Source: Bacilli bacterium
GTDB taxonomy: Bacteria > Bacillota_I > Bacilli_A > RFN20 > UBA1709
Length of the DNA stretch: 64,000 nt
Reading direction: 5' to 3'
Assembly: GCA_050949315.1 (NCBI GenBank)
Contig: JBMNFL010000001.1
Coordinates: 224,001 to 288,000 of the forward strand
The position numbers and the translations under genes are program-made. The notes under the pieces were generated by a model that made no database searches, had not been told where the DNA came from, and was given only the letters and a program-made list of their open reading frames with translations. Position 1 is the stretch's first letter; every line of letters begins with the position of its first letter. Of this stretch, positions 28,649 to 37,840 are shown piece after piece.

Positions 28649-31294
28649 ATGACCAGAGAAATGGCCAGTCGTTACAATCATCATGAAGTGGAAAGCGGTT
28701 GTTATGATTTTTGGTTAGAAAACAAGTGTTTTGAATCAGGAAAAGACTTAAAAAAGCCGCCTTTTTGTATTGTTATTCCCCCACCAAATGTTACCGGAAA
28801 ACTCCATCTAGGGCATGCTTGGGATGGCACTTTACAAGATATGATCATCCGTTATAAGCAGCTTAAAGGTTATGATACTCTTTGGGTTCCCGGCTGTGAT
28901 CATGCCGGCATTGCCACGCAGGCTAAAGTTGAAGAAAAGCTGAGAAAACAAGGGCTTTCTCGCTATGACCTAGGGCGCGAAAAGTTCTTAGAAATCACAT
29001 GGAATTGGAAACATGAATATCATGAATTCATGCTTGAGCAGTGGAGAACTTTGGGCCTTTCATTAGATTACCGTAAGGAAAGATTTACCCTAGATGAGGG
29101 CTTAAGCAAGGCCGTTAGAAAGGTCTTTGTTGAATTATATAATAAAGGACTTATATATAAAGGTTACCGTATTATTAATTGGGATCCTGTACAGAAAACT
29201 GCCTTATCAAATATAGAAGTTATTTATCGGGAAACCGAAAGTCATATGTATTATTTCCGTTATTATTTAGAGGGCTCTAAGGAGAAGTTTTTAGAGGTGG
29301 CCACCACTAGACCCGAAACGATGTTTGGCGATGTCTGCGTGGTTGTACACCCTGAAGATGAGCGTTATTGTTCTTGGATTGGCAAGAATGTTATTAATCC
29401 AGCCAATGGCATGCCTCTTCCTATCATCGCCGATAGTTATGTTGATCGTGAATTTGGAACTGGGGCCATGAAATGTACACCCGCCCACGATCCTAATGAC
29501 TTCTTAATTGGCGAGAAATACGGTTTAGATAAACCTATCTGTATGAATACTGATGGCAGCATGAACGAGATTTGTGGTAAATACCAGGGTCTTGATCGTT
29601 TTGAGTGCCGTGAAGTTCTTTTAAAAGATTGTAAGGCCGCAGGTACGCTTATTAAAATTGAAAAACACCTCAATCAAGTGGGGTATTCTGAAAGATCTAA
29701 GGCTATTGTTGAGCCATATTTGTCGGAGCAATGGTTTGTTAAGATGGAACCTTTAGCTAAACAAGCCTTAGATAATCAAAAAGGCAAGGGAAAAGTGAAT
29801 TTTTATCCTGAACGCTTTGAAAAGATTTTCATAGGTTGGATGAATAATGTTGAAGATTGGTGCATCTCACGTCAATTATGGTGGGGGCATCGCATTCCAG
29901 CTTGGTATCATAAAGAAAGTGGTCAAGTTCAAGTAAGTGTTGAACCACCTAAGGATTTAGAGAACTGGGTGCAAGATGAAGATGTCTTAGATACTTGGTT
30001 TTCTAGTGCTCTTTGGCCATTTTCCACCCTTGGTTGGCCAGATAAAACCGCTGACTTTGAACGTTATTATCCCACCGATGTTTTAGTTACTGGTTATGAC
30101 ATCATCTTTTTCTGGGTTTCAAGGATGATTTTCCAAGCACTGGAGTTTACTAAGAAAAGACCTTTTAAAGATTGTTTGATTCACGGTTTAATTCGTGATG
30201 AGAAGGGTGTGAAGATGAGTAAGTCTTTGGGGAATGTTATTGATCCTATTGATGTGATTGATAGATATGGTGCGGATGCCTTGAGGTATTTCCTAACTAC
30301 TAACTCCGCCCCTGGTTTAGATTTACGCTTCAGTGATGAGAAGATCAATGCCGCTTGGAATTTTATCAACAAGATTTGGAACGCCGCGCGTTTCTGTTTA
30401 ATGAATTTACCAACTGATTATGAATTCAAATCAATTGATTATGCTAATACCAGTATTTTTGATCAACAGATTTTAAGACGTTTAAATGAAACCATTCGCT
30501 CAATGGATGAGGCGATGGAAAAATATGAATTCGTGATAGCAGGTACTTCTTTGTATAATTTCATCTGGGATGATTTCTGCTCAACCTACGTCGAAAGAGT
30601 AAAAATAACCCTAAATAGTGCCGCTTCAAAAACGAAACAAGCAACACAATCCACGATGTTTTATGTTCTCGATGCAATATTGAAGTTGGCTCATCCCTTT
30701 ATTCCCTTTGTTACCGAGAAGATTTATCAAAGTCTTCATAATGGGAAAAAAGGCGCAATAATCGAGTCTTTTTGGCCTAAGGTCAATAAGAAATATGATA
30801 ATGAAGATAACAAATTATTAGCTGATGGGATTAACGATATTATCAAGTCAATTAGGACAATGAAGAATAGTTGTAACATTGCACCCAATAAAAATGTAGA
30901 AATAATTTTAGGTATTGAGGATGAGCAGTTACGAAAGGGCTTAGAAGATAACAAAGTTTATCTTGAGCGTTTCTGTTTTGCTAAGAAGATTACTATTGAT
31001 CAAGAAATCAACACCGAGAAGACTGGAAAGAATTTTGCTCTGAGTGGCATTAACTTACTAATCCCTATGGAAGGTCTAATTGATTTAGATGAGGAAATAG
31101 AAAATCTAAATAAAGAGCTCAATAGACTTGATAGTGAAATCAAACGTTGTGAGTCCATGTTAAATAATCCTAACTTTATTAATAAAGCCCCAACTGAAAA
31201 AGTTGAATCTGAACGTAATAAATTAGCTGATTATCAAGCCAAGAAGGCTAGTGTAGAAGACATTCTTAAGGAGTACATGTCTTGTAAAAGGTAA
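28649..31294 (+). CDS. valS: Valine--tRNA ligase
   Basis: PPPNVTGKLHLGH, DHAGIATQ, WCISRQLWWGH, KMSKS, C-terminal coiled coil. Confidence 0.99.
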   Translation: MTREMASRYNHHEVESGCYDFWLENKCFESGKDLKKPPFCIVIPPPNVTGKLHLGHAWDGTLQDMIIRYKQLKGYDTLWVPGCDHAGIATQAKVEEKLRKQGLSRYDLGREKFLEITWNWKHEYHEFMLEQWRTLGLSLDYRKERFTLDEGLSKAVRKVFVELYNKGLIYKGYRIINWDPVQKTALSNIEVIYRETESHMYYFRYYLEGSKEKFLEVATTRPETMFGDVCVVVHPEDERYCSWIGKNVINPANGMPLPIIADSYVDREFGTGAMKCTPAHDPNDFLIGEKYGLDKPICMNTDGSMNEICGKYQGLDRFECREVLLKDCKAAGTLIKIEKHLNQVGYSERSKAIVEPYLSEQWFVKMEPLAKQALDNQKGKGKVNFYPERFEKIFIGWMNNVEDWCISRQLWWGHRIPAWYHKESGQVQVSVEPPKDLENWVQDEDVLDTWFSSALWPFSTLGWPDKTADFERYYPTDVLVTGYDIIFFWVSRMIFQALEFTKKRPFKDCLIHGLIRDEKGVKMSKSLGNVIDPIDVIDRYGADALRYFLTTNSAPGLDLRFSDEKINAAWNFINKIWNAARFCLMNLPTDYEFKSIDYANTSIFDQQILRRLNETIRSMDEAMEKYEFVIAGTSLYNFIWDDFCSTYVERVKITLNSAASKTKQATQSTMFYVLDAILKLAHPFIPFVTEKIYQSLHNGKKGAIIESFWPKVNKKYDNEDNKLLADGINDIIKSIRTMKNSCNIAPNKNVEIILGIEDEQLRKGLEDNKVYLERFCFAKKITIDQEINTEKTGKNFALSGINLLIPMEGLIDLDEEIENLNKELNRLDSEIKRCESMLNNPNFINKAPTEKVESERNKLADYQAKKASVEDILKEYMSCKR

Positions 31295-31318
31295 ATATTC
31301 CTAAATGAAGACAACAAG

Positions 31319-31386
31319 AAAACTACTAAAAACAACCTAACATATAACTAAAAACCACTTAAAAACTACTAAAACACTATTTTTTA
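31319..31386 (+). repeat. G-free, phased A-tract region with two direct copies of AAAACTACTAAA
   Basis: Copies at 31319-31330 and 31362-31373; no G on the + strand from 31319 to 31386. Confidence 0.7.
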
Positions 31387-31430
31387 GGATTTTAGCCTCT
31401 TTTTGTCTATGTTCTTAATAGGAGGCGATT

Positions 31431-31649
31431 ATGATGACGGATAACGTAATTATTTTGAATAGTGAAGAAGAAAAAAATGTTACCGGTGGTGAAGCTATTA
31501 CGATCGCAGCGGTGGCGGCAGTTTTAGCTATTGGTATTCTTGCTATTGTAGTTTGGAAGATTTATACCTCAAGTAAAGGGGAGGTTAACCTACCTGGTGG
31601 TTTTAAATTCAAATGGGCTTCAATGTTAAGGAATTTGTTTAGAAGGTAA
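31431..31649 (+). CDS. Small peptide precursor with double-glycine-type leader (bacteriocin/pheromone-like)
   Basis: AGGAGG RBS; leader LNSEEEKNVTGG; hydrophobic helix and cationic tail; TAATG overlap with radC. Confidence 0.7.
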   Translation: MMTDNVIILNSEEEKNVTGGEAITIAAVAAVLAIGILAIVVWKIYTSSKGEVNLPGGFKFKWASMLRNLFRR

Positions 31650-32323
31650 TGAAGTTAAAAGATTTCCCATTAAGTGAACGCCCTAGAGAAAAAGCTATAA
31701 GATATGGCATTGAAAGTTTGTCCAATTCTGAATTATTAGCGATTGTATTAAGGACAGGGACCAAGGATGAGTCCGTAATTGAACTTGCAATGAAAATCCT
31801 TGGAAAATTCGACGGAATTCACGGTTTTTCTAGGGCCAGTTATCAAGAATTAATAGAAATAAAGGGTTTAAAGACTGCTAAAGCTTTAGCCCTTTTAACG
31901 CTGATTGAATTTGCAAGGCGAGTTAATCTACAATCTTATGATAAAAGCGAGCAATTAAAAAGCGTTGAAAAGATTTATCATTTATTTGAACCTCAATTAA
32001 AGGATGAATTTCAGGAGAAGTTTATAGCCATCTACCTAGATAATTCATTAAGAATAATTCGTCAATTGGAGCTCTTTAAAGGGAGTTTAAATAAACATTT
32101 AATTCATCCTAGGGATATTTTCCGTGAGGCGGTTAGGTTAAACTCGGCCAAAATAATAATCATTCATAACCATCCAAGTGGCGATTCTACACCTAGTGTT
32201 GAGGATATAAAAGTCACAAAGGAACTTGTTAAACTGGGTGAAGAAATGGGGATTCCTATACTTGATCACATCATTATTTCTAAAGGATCCTATTGTTCAA
32301 TTCGACGCTTATTATCCTCATAA
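31649..32323 (+). CDS. radC: RadC/JAB-domain protein (UPF0758)
   Basis: ERPREK..G.ESLSNSELLAIVLRTG, HPRDIF, HNHPSGD, LDHIII. Confidence 0.95.
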   Translation: MKLKDFPLSERPREKAIRYGIESLSNSELLAIVLRTGTKDESVIELAMKILGKFDGIHGFSRASYQELIEIKGLKTAKALALLTLIEFARRVNLQSYDKSEQLKSVEKIYHLFEPQLKDEFQEKFIAIYLDNSLRIIRQLELFKGSLNKHLIHPRDIFREAVRLNSAKIIIIHNHPSGDSTPSVEDIKVTKELVKLGEEMGIPILDHIIISKGSYCSIRRLLSS

Positions 32324-32366
32324 AACTACTAAAAAACTAATAAAAGGCGTTATTTAGTAGTTTTTT
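32322..32366 (+). terminator. Inverted repeat after radC (possible terminator)
   Basis: AAAACTACTAAA (32322-32333) / TTTAGTAGTTTT (32353-32364). Confidence 0.5.
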
Positions 32367-32458
32367 GATTAATTGAATGAAACCCTGGGGTACCAAAAGA
32401 ATGTGATGTTTTTTTCCTAATCAAAAAAGAATGCTTTTCTTAAGTAAAACGCGTGTTT

Positions 32459-32483
32459 TTTCCACTTCTTTATTTTACAAATA
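32459..32483 (+). repeat. Left 25-bp target-site duplication of IS copy 2
   Basis: TTTCCACTTCTTTATTTTACAAATA, identical to 33604-33628. Confidence 0.95.
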
Positions 32484-33603
32484 TGTTTAATATCAAATGA
32501 TGTGAGACAAAATTAATAAAAAAAAGTAGGCATCTTATCTATAATGAAGTTGAACCAATATAGAAGGAGATGCCCATGGATATTTTAACACAAGAAAGAA
32601 ATTATATACCAGTAGATATTGAAACAAAATTACACGCCTGCTTAAGGAGGACGGTTTCGTCCTGGCCAATAAGAAAAATTCTATCTTTTTATCACGTTAA
32701 AAGGAGTTCGTTATATCGTTGGTTAAAGCGATTTGATGGAAGTAAAGAATCGTTATTAAATCGATCACATAGGCCTTTATCGGATCATCCTAATAAATTA
32801 AAAGCGAATATTGTTAAGAGAATACTAGATCTCCACAGAAGAAATCCTGATCAATCATTTGTTGAAATATGGGTTAGATTAAAACATGATGGTATAGATA
32901 TCTCGCCATCTAGTGTTCTAAGAACCTTTAAAAGAAATGAAGAATTTGTTCCCTACAAACCAAATCCTAAAAAGCATGACAAACAATACCATACGCCCAA
33001 AATGGTTCATGAAAAATGGCAAATGGATGTTAAATATGTTCCCAAAGAATGCAAAATTGATAGTTTGGAAGGTCGATTTTATCAATACACTATCTTAGAT
33101 GAATGTTCACGAAAAAGAGTTCTTTATTTCACGGCCGAACATTCAATGTATGAAAGTGTTCAGGCTTTGATCTTCGCTTATAAGAAAATAGGTTGTTTTC
33201 CAAAGGAAATTCAAACAGACAATGGTGTGGAATTCACTGATAAAGTTCGCCGCAAAAATAAGGGCGTGAATGTTAGAAAATATGAAAACTATTTAGAAAG
33301 ATTTTGTAGAACAAACCATATAAATCATCACTTGATAAGGCCTAGAACCCCCCAACATAATGGTAAGGTAGAAAGAAGTCATCGAATTGATCAAGATAAA
33401 TTCTATAAACATTTAAAATTTTATTCCCTCGATGATCTTAGATATCAAGGTAAATTATGGAACAAAAGATACAACAATTTACCTAAGCTTGTTCTTAAAT
33501 TTAAAACACCTAATGAAGTGGAACTTGAAAAGTTAATTGAATTGGTTCAAACTACTGGTGAGATAAGATGTAAGAAACGTCTCACATCATTTGCAACCTA
33601 ACA
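32484..33603 (+). mobile_element. IS481-family insertion sequence, copy 2 (1120 bp, 25-bp TSD)
   Basis: Same ends and identical transposase to copy 1 at offset 12108; flanked by an exact 25-bp direct repeat. Confidence 0.96.
32570..33601 (+). CDS. IS481-family DDE transposase
   Basis: Protein identical to 20462-21493. Confidence 0.95.
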   Translation: MPMDILTQERNYIPVDIETKLHACLRRTVSSWPIRKILSFYHVKRSSLYRWLKRFDGSKESLLNRSHRPLSDHPNKLKANIVKRILDLHRRNPDQSFVEIWVRLKHDGIDISPSSVLRTFKRNEEFVPYKPNPKKHDKQYHTPKMVHEKWQMDVKYVPKECKIDSLEGRFYQYTILDECSRKRVLYFTAEHSMYESVQALIFAYKKIGCFPKEIQTDNGVEFTDKVRRKNKGVNVRKYENYLERFCRTNHINHHLIRPRTPQHNGKVERSHRIDQDKFYKHLKFYSLDDLRYQGKLWNKRYNNLPKLVLKFKTPNEVELEKLIELVQTTGEIRCKKRLTSFAT

Positions 33604-33628
33604 TTTCCACTTCTTTATTTTACAAATA
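33604..33628 (+). repeat. Right 25-bp target-site duplication of IS copy 2
   Basis: Identical to 32459-32483. Confidence 0.95.
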
Positions 33629-33632
33629 AACA

Positions 33633-33661
33633 TTGACATGAATGTGCTTGCGTGTTAAAAT
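33633..33661 (+). promoter_or_regulatory. Sigma-A promoter of rplU operon
   Basis: TTGACA-17 bp-TAAAAT with TG extended -10. Confidence 0.8.
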
Positions 33662-33664
33662 GGC

Positions 33665-33745
33665 TTCGTTGTCAACCTAATTGGATGGGTTACAACCGCT
33701 CTCTCTAGGTTTTTAAAGCATTGCTACCTACTAGGCGAGTATTAA
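33665..33745 (+). ncRNA. Ribosomal protein L21 leader (putative)
   Basis: Structured 5' UTR with ACCGC...AGGCGAGT elements as in Firmicutes L21 leaders; directly before rplU. Confidence 0.6.
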
Positions 33746-33775
33746 TCCAAATGATTATCCATAGGAGGTGGGCAT

Positions 33776-34087
33776 ATGTACGCTATTATTGAAACGGGCG
33801 GGAAGCAAATTAAAGTTGTACCCGGTGAATCCGTTATGGTCGAGAAAATCGAGGCCACAGTTGGCGAGGAAGTTATTTTTGATAAAGTTCTCCTAGTTTG
33901 TGACAAAAAAGCCAAAATTGGTACACCCTATCTGAAGGGTGTTAAGGTCAAGGCTAAAGTTGAAAAACAAGATAAAAATAAAAAAATCGTTGTTTTCAAG
34001 TTTAAAGCAAAGTCTAACTATCGCATTAAGACTGGTCATCGTCAACCTTATACCAAAGTTCTCATTGAAGAAATTATAACGGCTTAA
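33776..34087 (+). CDS. rplU: 50S ribosomal protein L21
   Basis: [18 protein letters not shown]. Confidence 0.99.
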   Translation: MYAIIETGGKQIKVVPGESVMVEKIEATVGEEVIFDKVLLVCDKKAKIGTPYLKGVKVKAKVEKQDKNKKIVVFKFKAKSNYRIKTGHRQPYTKVLIEEIITA

Positions 34088-34392
34088 TGATTAAAGTTAC
34101 AGTTTATAAGAAAGATGAGTTAATTAATAAGGTTACGATCAAAGGGCACAGCAATTTCGCCCCAAAAGGTGAGGATATTGTATGTGCAGGCGTTAGTGCA
34201 ATAGGGGTTGGCATTGTCAATGCTCTTAATGAGATTACAAAAGTTCAACCAGAATATAAAGCCCAAGAAGGCGATTTTGAAGTCAAATTTCTGGAAACTA
34301 AAGAAAGTCAACTTATCGCAAGAGTTATGCTAGCTCAATTGTTAACAATTGAGGAAAGCTATAAAAACTATATAAAAATCGAGTATATTTAA
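34087..34392 (+). CDS. prp: Ribosomal-processing cysteine protease Prp (YsxB)
   Basis: [12 protein letters not shown] motif; between rplU and rpmA. Confidence 0.94.
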   Translation: MIKVTVYKKDELINKVTIKGHSNFAPKGEDIVCAGVSAIGVGIVNALNEITKVQPEYKAQEGDFEVKFLETKESQLIARVMLAQLLTIEESYKNYIKIEYI

Positions 34393-34409
34393 ATAGGAGG
34401 TGTTCAGAT

Positions 34410-34694
34410 ATGTTATTAAAATTGAATCTACAATTATTCGCTTCTAAAAAAGGCGTTGGTTCAACCAAGAACGGTCGTGATTCTCATGCCAAGAGATTAG
34501 GCGCTAAGCTAAGCGATGGTCAAAATTGTACGGCTGGGGCTATTATTTATAGGCAAAGAGGTACTAAAGTTCATCCCGGAACCAATGTAGGCAAAGGCGC
34601 AGATGACACCCTATTCGCACTAGTTGATGGTATTGTTAAATTTGAAAGACTAGGTCGTAGTCGTACACAAGTTTCGGTATATCCACAAGCCTAG
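34410..34694 (+). CDS. rpmA: 50S ribosomal protein L27 with Prp-cleaved N-terminal extension
   Basis: [30 protein letters not shown]. Confidence 0.99.
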   Translation: MLLKLNLQLFASKKGVGSTKNGRDSHAKRLGAKLSDGQNCTAGAIIYRQRGTKVHPGTNVGKGADDTLFALVDGIVKFERLGRSRTQVSVYPQA

Positions 34695-34703
34695 AAGATG
34701 TTT

Positions 34704-34732
34704 ACTCCCGCGCCCAGCGGGAGTTTTATTTT
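34704..34732 (+). terminator. Terminator between rpmA and obgE
   Basis: ACTCCCGC-gccca-GCGGGAGT plus T-rich tail. Confidence 0.7.
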
Positions 34733-34748
34733 ATTGAGGTGATGTTTT

Positions 34749-36035
34749 ACGTTTGTTGATCGTGTTGTTCTCCAAATCAAAGCAGGAAGCGGTGGCAATG
34801 GTGCCATCTCTTTTCTCCGTGAGAAATATGTTCCTAAAGGTGGTCCTGCTGGTGGTGATGGCGGCCGCGGTGGCAGTGTCTTCTTTGTCGCTGATAGTGG
34901 TTTGAGTACCCTATTAGAACTCAAATATCTTACTATGATTGTTGCCGGTAATGGTGAAAACGGTCAAAAGAAGAATAGTTATGGTAAAGCTGCTCAGGAT
35001 ATCTATGTTAAGGTTCCCGTTGGAACTTTGGTTATCGATCAAAAAAGTAAGCGTATTATCGCCGATTTAACCGTAGATAAGCAAGTAGCCATGATTGCTA
35101 AGGGTGGTCGGGGCGGGCGAGGTAATGCCAAGTTTGCTACCGCTGTTAACCGCGTTCCTAGAATTGCTGAGAATGGCGAACCAGGTGAAGAATTAACGGC
35201 AATTATTGAATTAAAATTACTGGCTGATGTCGGTTTAGTTGGTTTGCCATCAGTTGGAAAATCCACGATATTATCCAGGGTAAGTGCTGCTAAGCCCGAG
35301 ATTGCCGACTATCCTTTTACAACCTTGATACCTAATTTGGGCCTTGTTCAGACTAAAGATGCTTCGTCTAGTTTTGTTATGGCTGATTTGCCAGGGCTTA
35401 TTGAAGGCGCTCATCAAGGTAAAGGACTTGGTCTAGATTTTCTAAGACATGTTGAACGTTGTCGTGTCCTTATCCACGTCCTTGATATGAGCGGAAGTGA
35501 AGGACGTAATCCCATTCAGGATTTTAGAGATATCAATAAAGAACTTAGAGCTTACAATGTGGGTTTACTAGAAAAACCTATGATAGTCGCTGCTAATAAA
35601 ATGGATTTAGAGGGAGCAGAAAAAAGGCTTAGGGCCTTCAAAAAAGCTTATCCTTTACTGGAGGTTTTCCCTATCAGTGCTTTAAATTCAAAGGGTCTAG
35701 ATAAGCTAGTCTATCGGGCCGCGGAGTTAGTTAAGAGCACACCGATAAAACCTCTGTTTGCTACCAAGAAAATAAGCGACGGCAAATTTGTTTATGAATA
35801 TCGAGCCGATGATCCTGGCTTTATTATAAAACATCCTGCGAATAATCTATGGGTTGTTAGTGGAGAAAGGATTGAAAAATTATATAAAATGACTAATATT
35901 TCGGATGATCAGGGCCTAACTTATCTGATAAATACCATGCGTAAAATGGGTGTTGAAAACGAACTCATTAAGCGGGGTATTAAAGAAGGAGATATTGTTC
36001 GACTCTGTGACTATGAATTTGAATACTATGAATAG
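34749..36035 (+). CDS. obgE: GTPase ObgE/CgtA, apparent ACG start codon
   Basis: ACG-FVDRVVLQIKAGSGGNG..REKYVPKGGPAGGDGGRGG in frame with ORF 34902; GLPSVGKST, YPFTT, DLPG, NKMD; C-terminal OCT domain. Confidence 0.95.
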   Translation, partial: TFVDRVVLQIKAGSGGNGAISFLREKYVPKGGPAGGDGGRGGSVFFVADSGLSTLLELKYLTMIVAGNGENGQKKNSYGKAAQDIYVKVPVGTLVIDQKSKRIIADLTVDKQVAMIAKGGRGGRGNAKFATAVNRVPRIAENGEPGEELTAIIELKLLADVGLVGLPSVGKSTILSRVSAAKPEIADYPFTTLIPNLGLVQTKDASSSFVMADLPGLIEGAHQGKGLGLDFLRHVERCRVLIHVLDMSGSEGRNPIQDFRDINKELRAYNVGLLEKPMIVAANKMDLEGAEKRLRAFKKAYPLLEVFPISALNSKGLDKLVYRAAELVKSTPIKPLFATKKISDGKFVYEYRADDPGFIIKHPANNLWVVSGERIEKLYKMTNISDDQGLTYLINTMRKMGVENELIKRGIKEGDIVRLCDYEFEYYE

Positions 36036-36046
36036 GAGGGGACAAA

Positions 36047-37840
36047 GTGAAGATATTTAAAATTTTTAAGCGCTATGCCAAAAAATTAACTTGGCTTATC
36101 ATTGGAGTCGTTGTTTTAGCCATTGTTTTAAACTATGTCCGCAGCCTAATTCCTCTGTATATTGGTAAGGTTTTTGGAATTTTAGACTATAGTGAAAAAT
36201 CAACTTTACCAAGCTTTATTGAGGCCTTATTTGTTGGCCTTGATACCGTACAACAACTGCTTTTAGTGATGGTTTGTATCATTGTAACGGCGGCCATTAG
36301 AGAAACAGTTAATGTTATTTCCGATTTAAGTATTTCCTATGTTTCGGAAACTATTGGTTATAATGTTCAAACTGACTTTTATAACCGAGTGCAGGAACTA
36401 CCATATTCTTACTTAAATAGCCATGAAACTGGCGATTTAATTCAAAGGAGCACTTCGGATATCATCCGAGTCAAGCGTTTTCTTGGTGAAGCCTTGCCGC
36501 AAATGATGACAGGAATTGTTCAAATCGTTATTTATGCAAGCCAGATGCTGATCATCGATTTACGCTTAGGTGGCATTTTGCTAGCCTGTTTACCAGTTAT
36601 TGTGGTCTTTTCAACAATCTACCATCGGAAAATGCGTCCAACTTTCAGCGCGATGGAGGTAAATGAAGGACGTTTAACCACGGTGATTCAAGAAAATTTA
36701 ACGGGTATAAGGGTGGTTAAAGCCTTTGCTAATGAGAATGAAGAAATGAAGAAGTTTGATGAAAGTATGGGCACGTTTACGGGTTCTTGGCGTAAGCTAA
36801 TGAGCCGGATGTCTTCTTATTGGGCAGTTCTTGACGGCTATTCTATGTTGCTCATGTTATTTGCCTTTGTGCTCGGTGTGATATTTATTATGAATAATTC
36901 TCTTAATTTATCACAGGTTATTTCTATTTTCCTCTATGTTCAATACATTATTTGGCCTACTAGGATGATGGGGCGACTGATTGGAGAAATGAGTAGAACT
37001 AATATCGCCAGTGGTCGTATCTTGGAAATTGTTGAGATTCCCACAGAATTTGAACTCGATAATGGTGAACTCAAACCTGAAATTCATGGTAATATCAGCT
37101 TTGAAAATGTCGCCTTCCAATTCAGTGATAGTAATAAACCGACTATTCACAATATCAATTTAGAGATTAAACAAGGCGAAACCATTGCCTTGCTTGGGAA
37201 AACGGGCAGTGGGAAATCGGTCTTAGTAAGTTTATTGAATCGCATGTTAGAAACGACAGAAGGCACCATAAAAATTGATGGTGTTGATATTAAGGATATT
37301 GAAAAGAAGTATCTAAGGCGTAATGTTGGTCTTGTCCTACAAGAACCCTTTCTCTTTTCCATGACCATTGCCGAAAACATCGGTATTATTCAAGATAAAA
37401 GTGATTTAACCCGCATCCAAGAAGTCTCAGAGATAGCCGCGGTTAAAAGTGATATTGAACGCTTTGATCGGGGCTTTGACACCATGGTAGGCGAGCGAGG
37501 AGTGACTTTATCGGGTGGTCAGAAGCAAAGGATTTCTATTGCTAGAATCATTGTGGAAAATAAGCCGATTTTGGTCTTTGATGATTCCTTGAGTGCCGTT
37601 GATACCGAAACCGACATCAAAATTCGCAATGCCTTAAATAATCGGCAGACCAAGGCTACCACTATTATCATTACTCATCGGGTTTCAACAGCGATGGATG
37701 CTGACCGCATTGTAATTTTAGAAGATGGAACCATCAGTCAAATTGGCACCTTTGATGAATTGATTAAACAAGAAGGGTTGCTCAAAAACATTTGGGAAAT
37801 CCAGAACTATTTTGAAGATGAAAAGGGAGGTGTTAACTAA
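36047..37840 (+). CDS. ABC exporter TMD-NBD subunit (degenerate Walker B)
   Basis: 6-TM domain; GKTGSGKS, LSGGQ, VFDD. Confidence 0.93.
   Translation: MKIFKIFKRYAKKLTWLIIGVVVLAIVLNYVRSLIPLYIGKVFGILDYSEKSTLPSFIEALFVGLDTVQQLLLVMVCIIVTAAIRETVNVISDLSISYVSETIGYNVQTDFYNRVQELPYSYLNSHETGDLIQRSTSDIIRVKRFLGEALPQMMTGIVQIVIYASQMLIIDLRLGGILLACLPVIVVFSTIYHRKMRPTFSAMEVNEGRLTTVIQENLTGIRVVKAFANENEEMKKFDESMGTFTGSWRKLMSRMSSYWAVLDGYSMLLMLFAFVLGVIFIMNNSLNLSQVISIFLYVQYIIWPTRMMGRLIGEMSRTNIASGRILEIVEIPTEFELDNGELKPEIHGNISFENVAFQFSDSNKPTIHNINLEIKQGETIALLGKTGSGKSVLVSLLNRMLETTEGTIKIDGVDIKDIEKKYLRRNVGLVLQEPFLFSMTIAENIGIIQDKSDLTRIQEVSEIAAVKSDIERFDRGFDTMVGERGVTLSGGQKQRISIARIIVENKPILVFDDSLSAVDTETDIKIRNALNNRQTKATTIIITHRVSTAMDADRIVILEDGTISQIGTFDELIKQEGLLKNIWEIQNYFEDEKGGVN

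Noticed and set aside
34742-34759. obgE as a frameshifted pseudogene starting at ATG 34742
   Set aside because: That ATG abuts the RBS with no spacing; ACG 34749 has proper spacing and gives the exact conserved N-terminus with an intact frame
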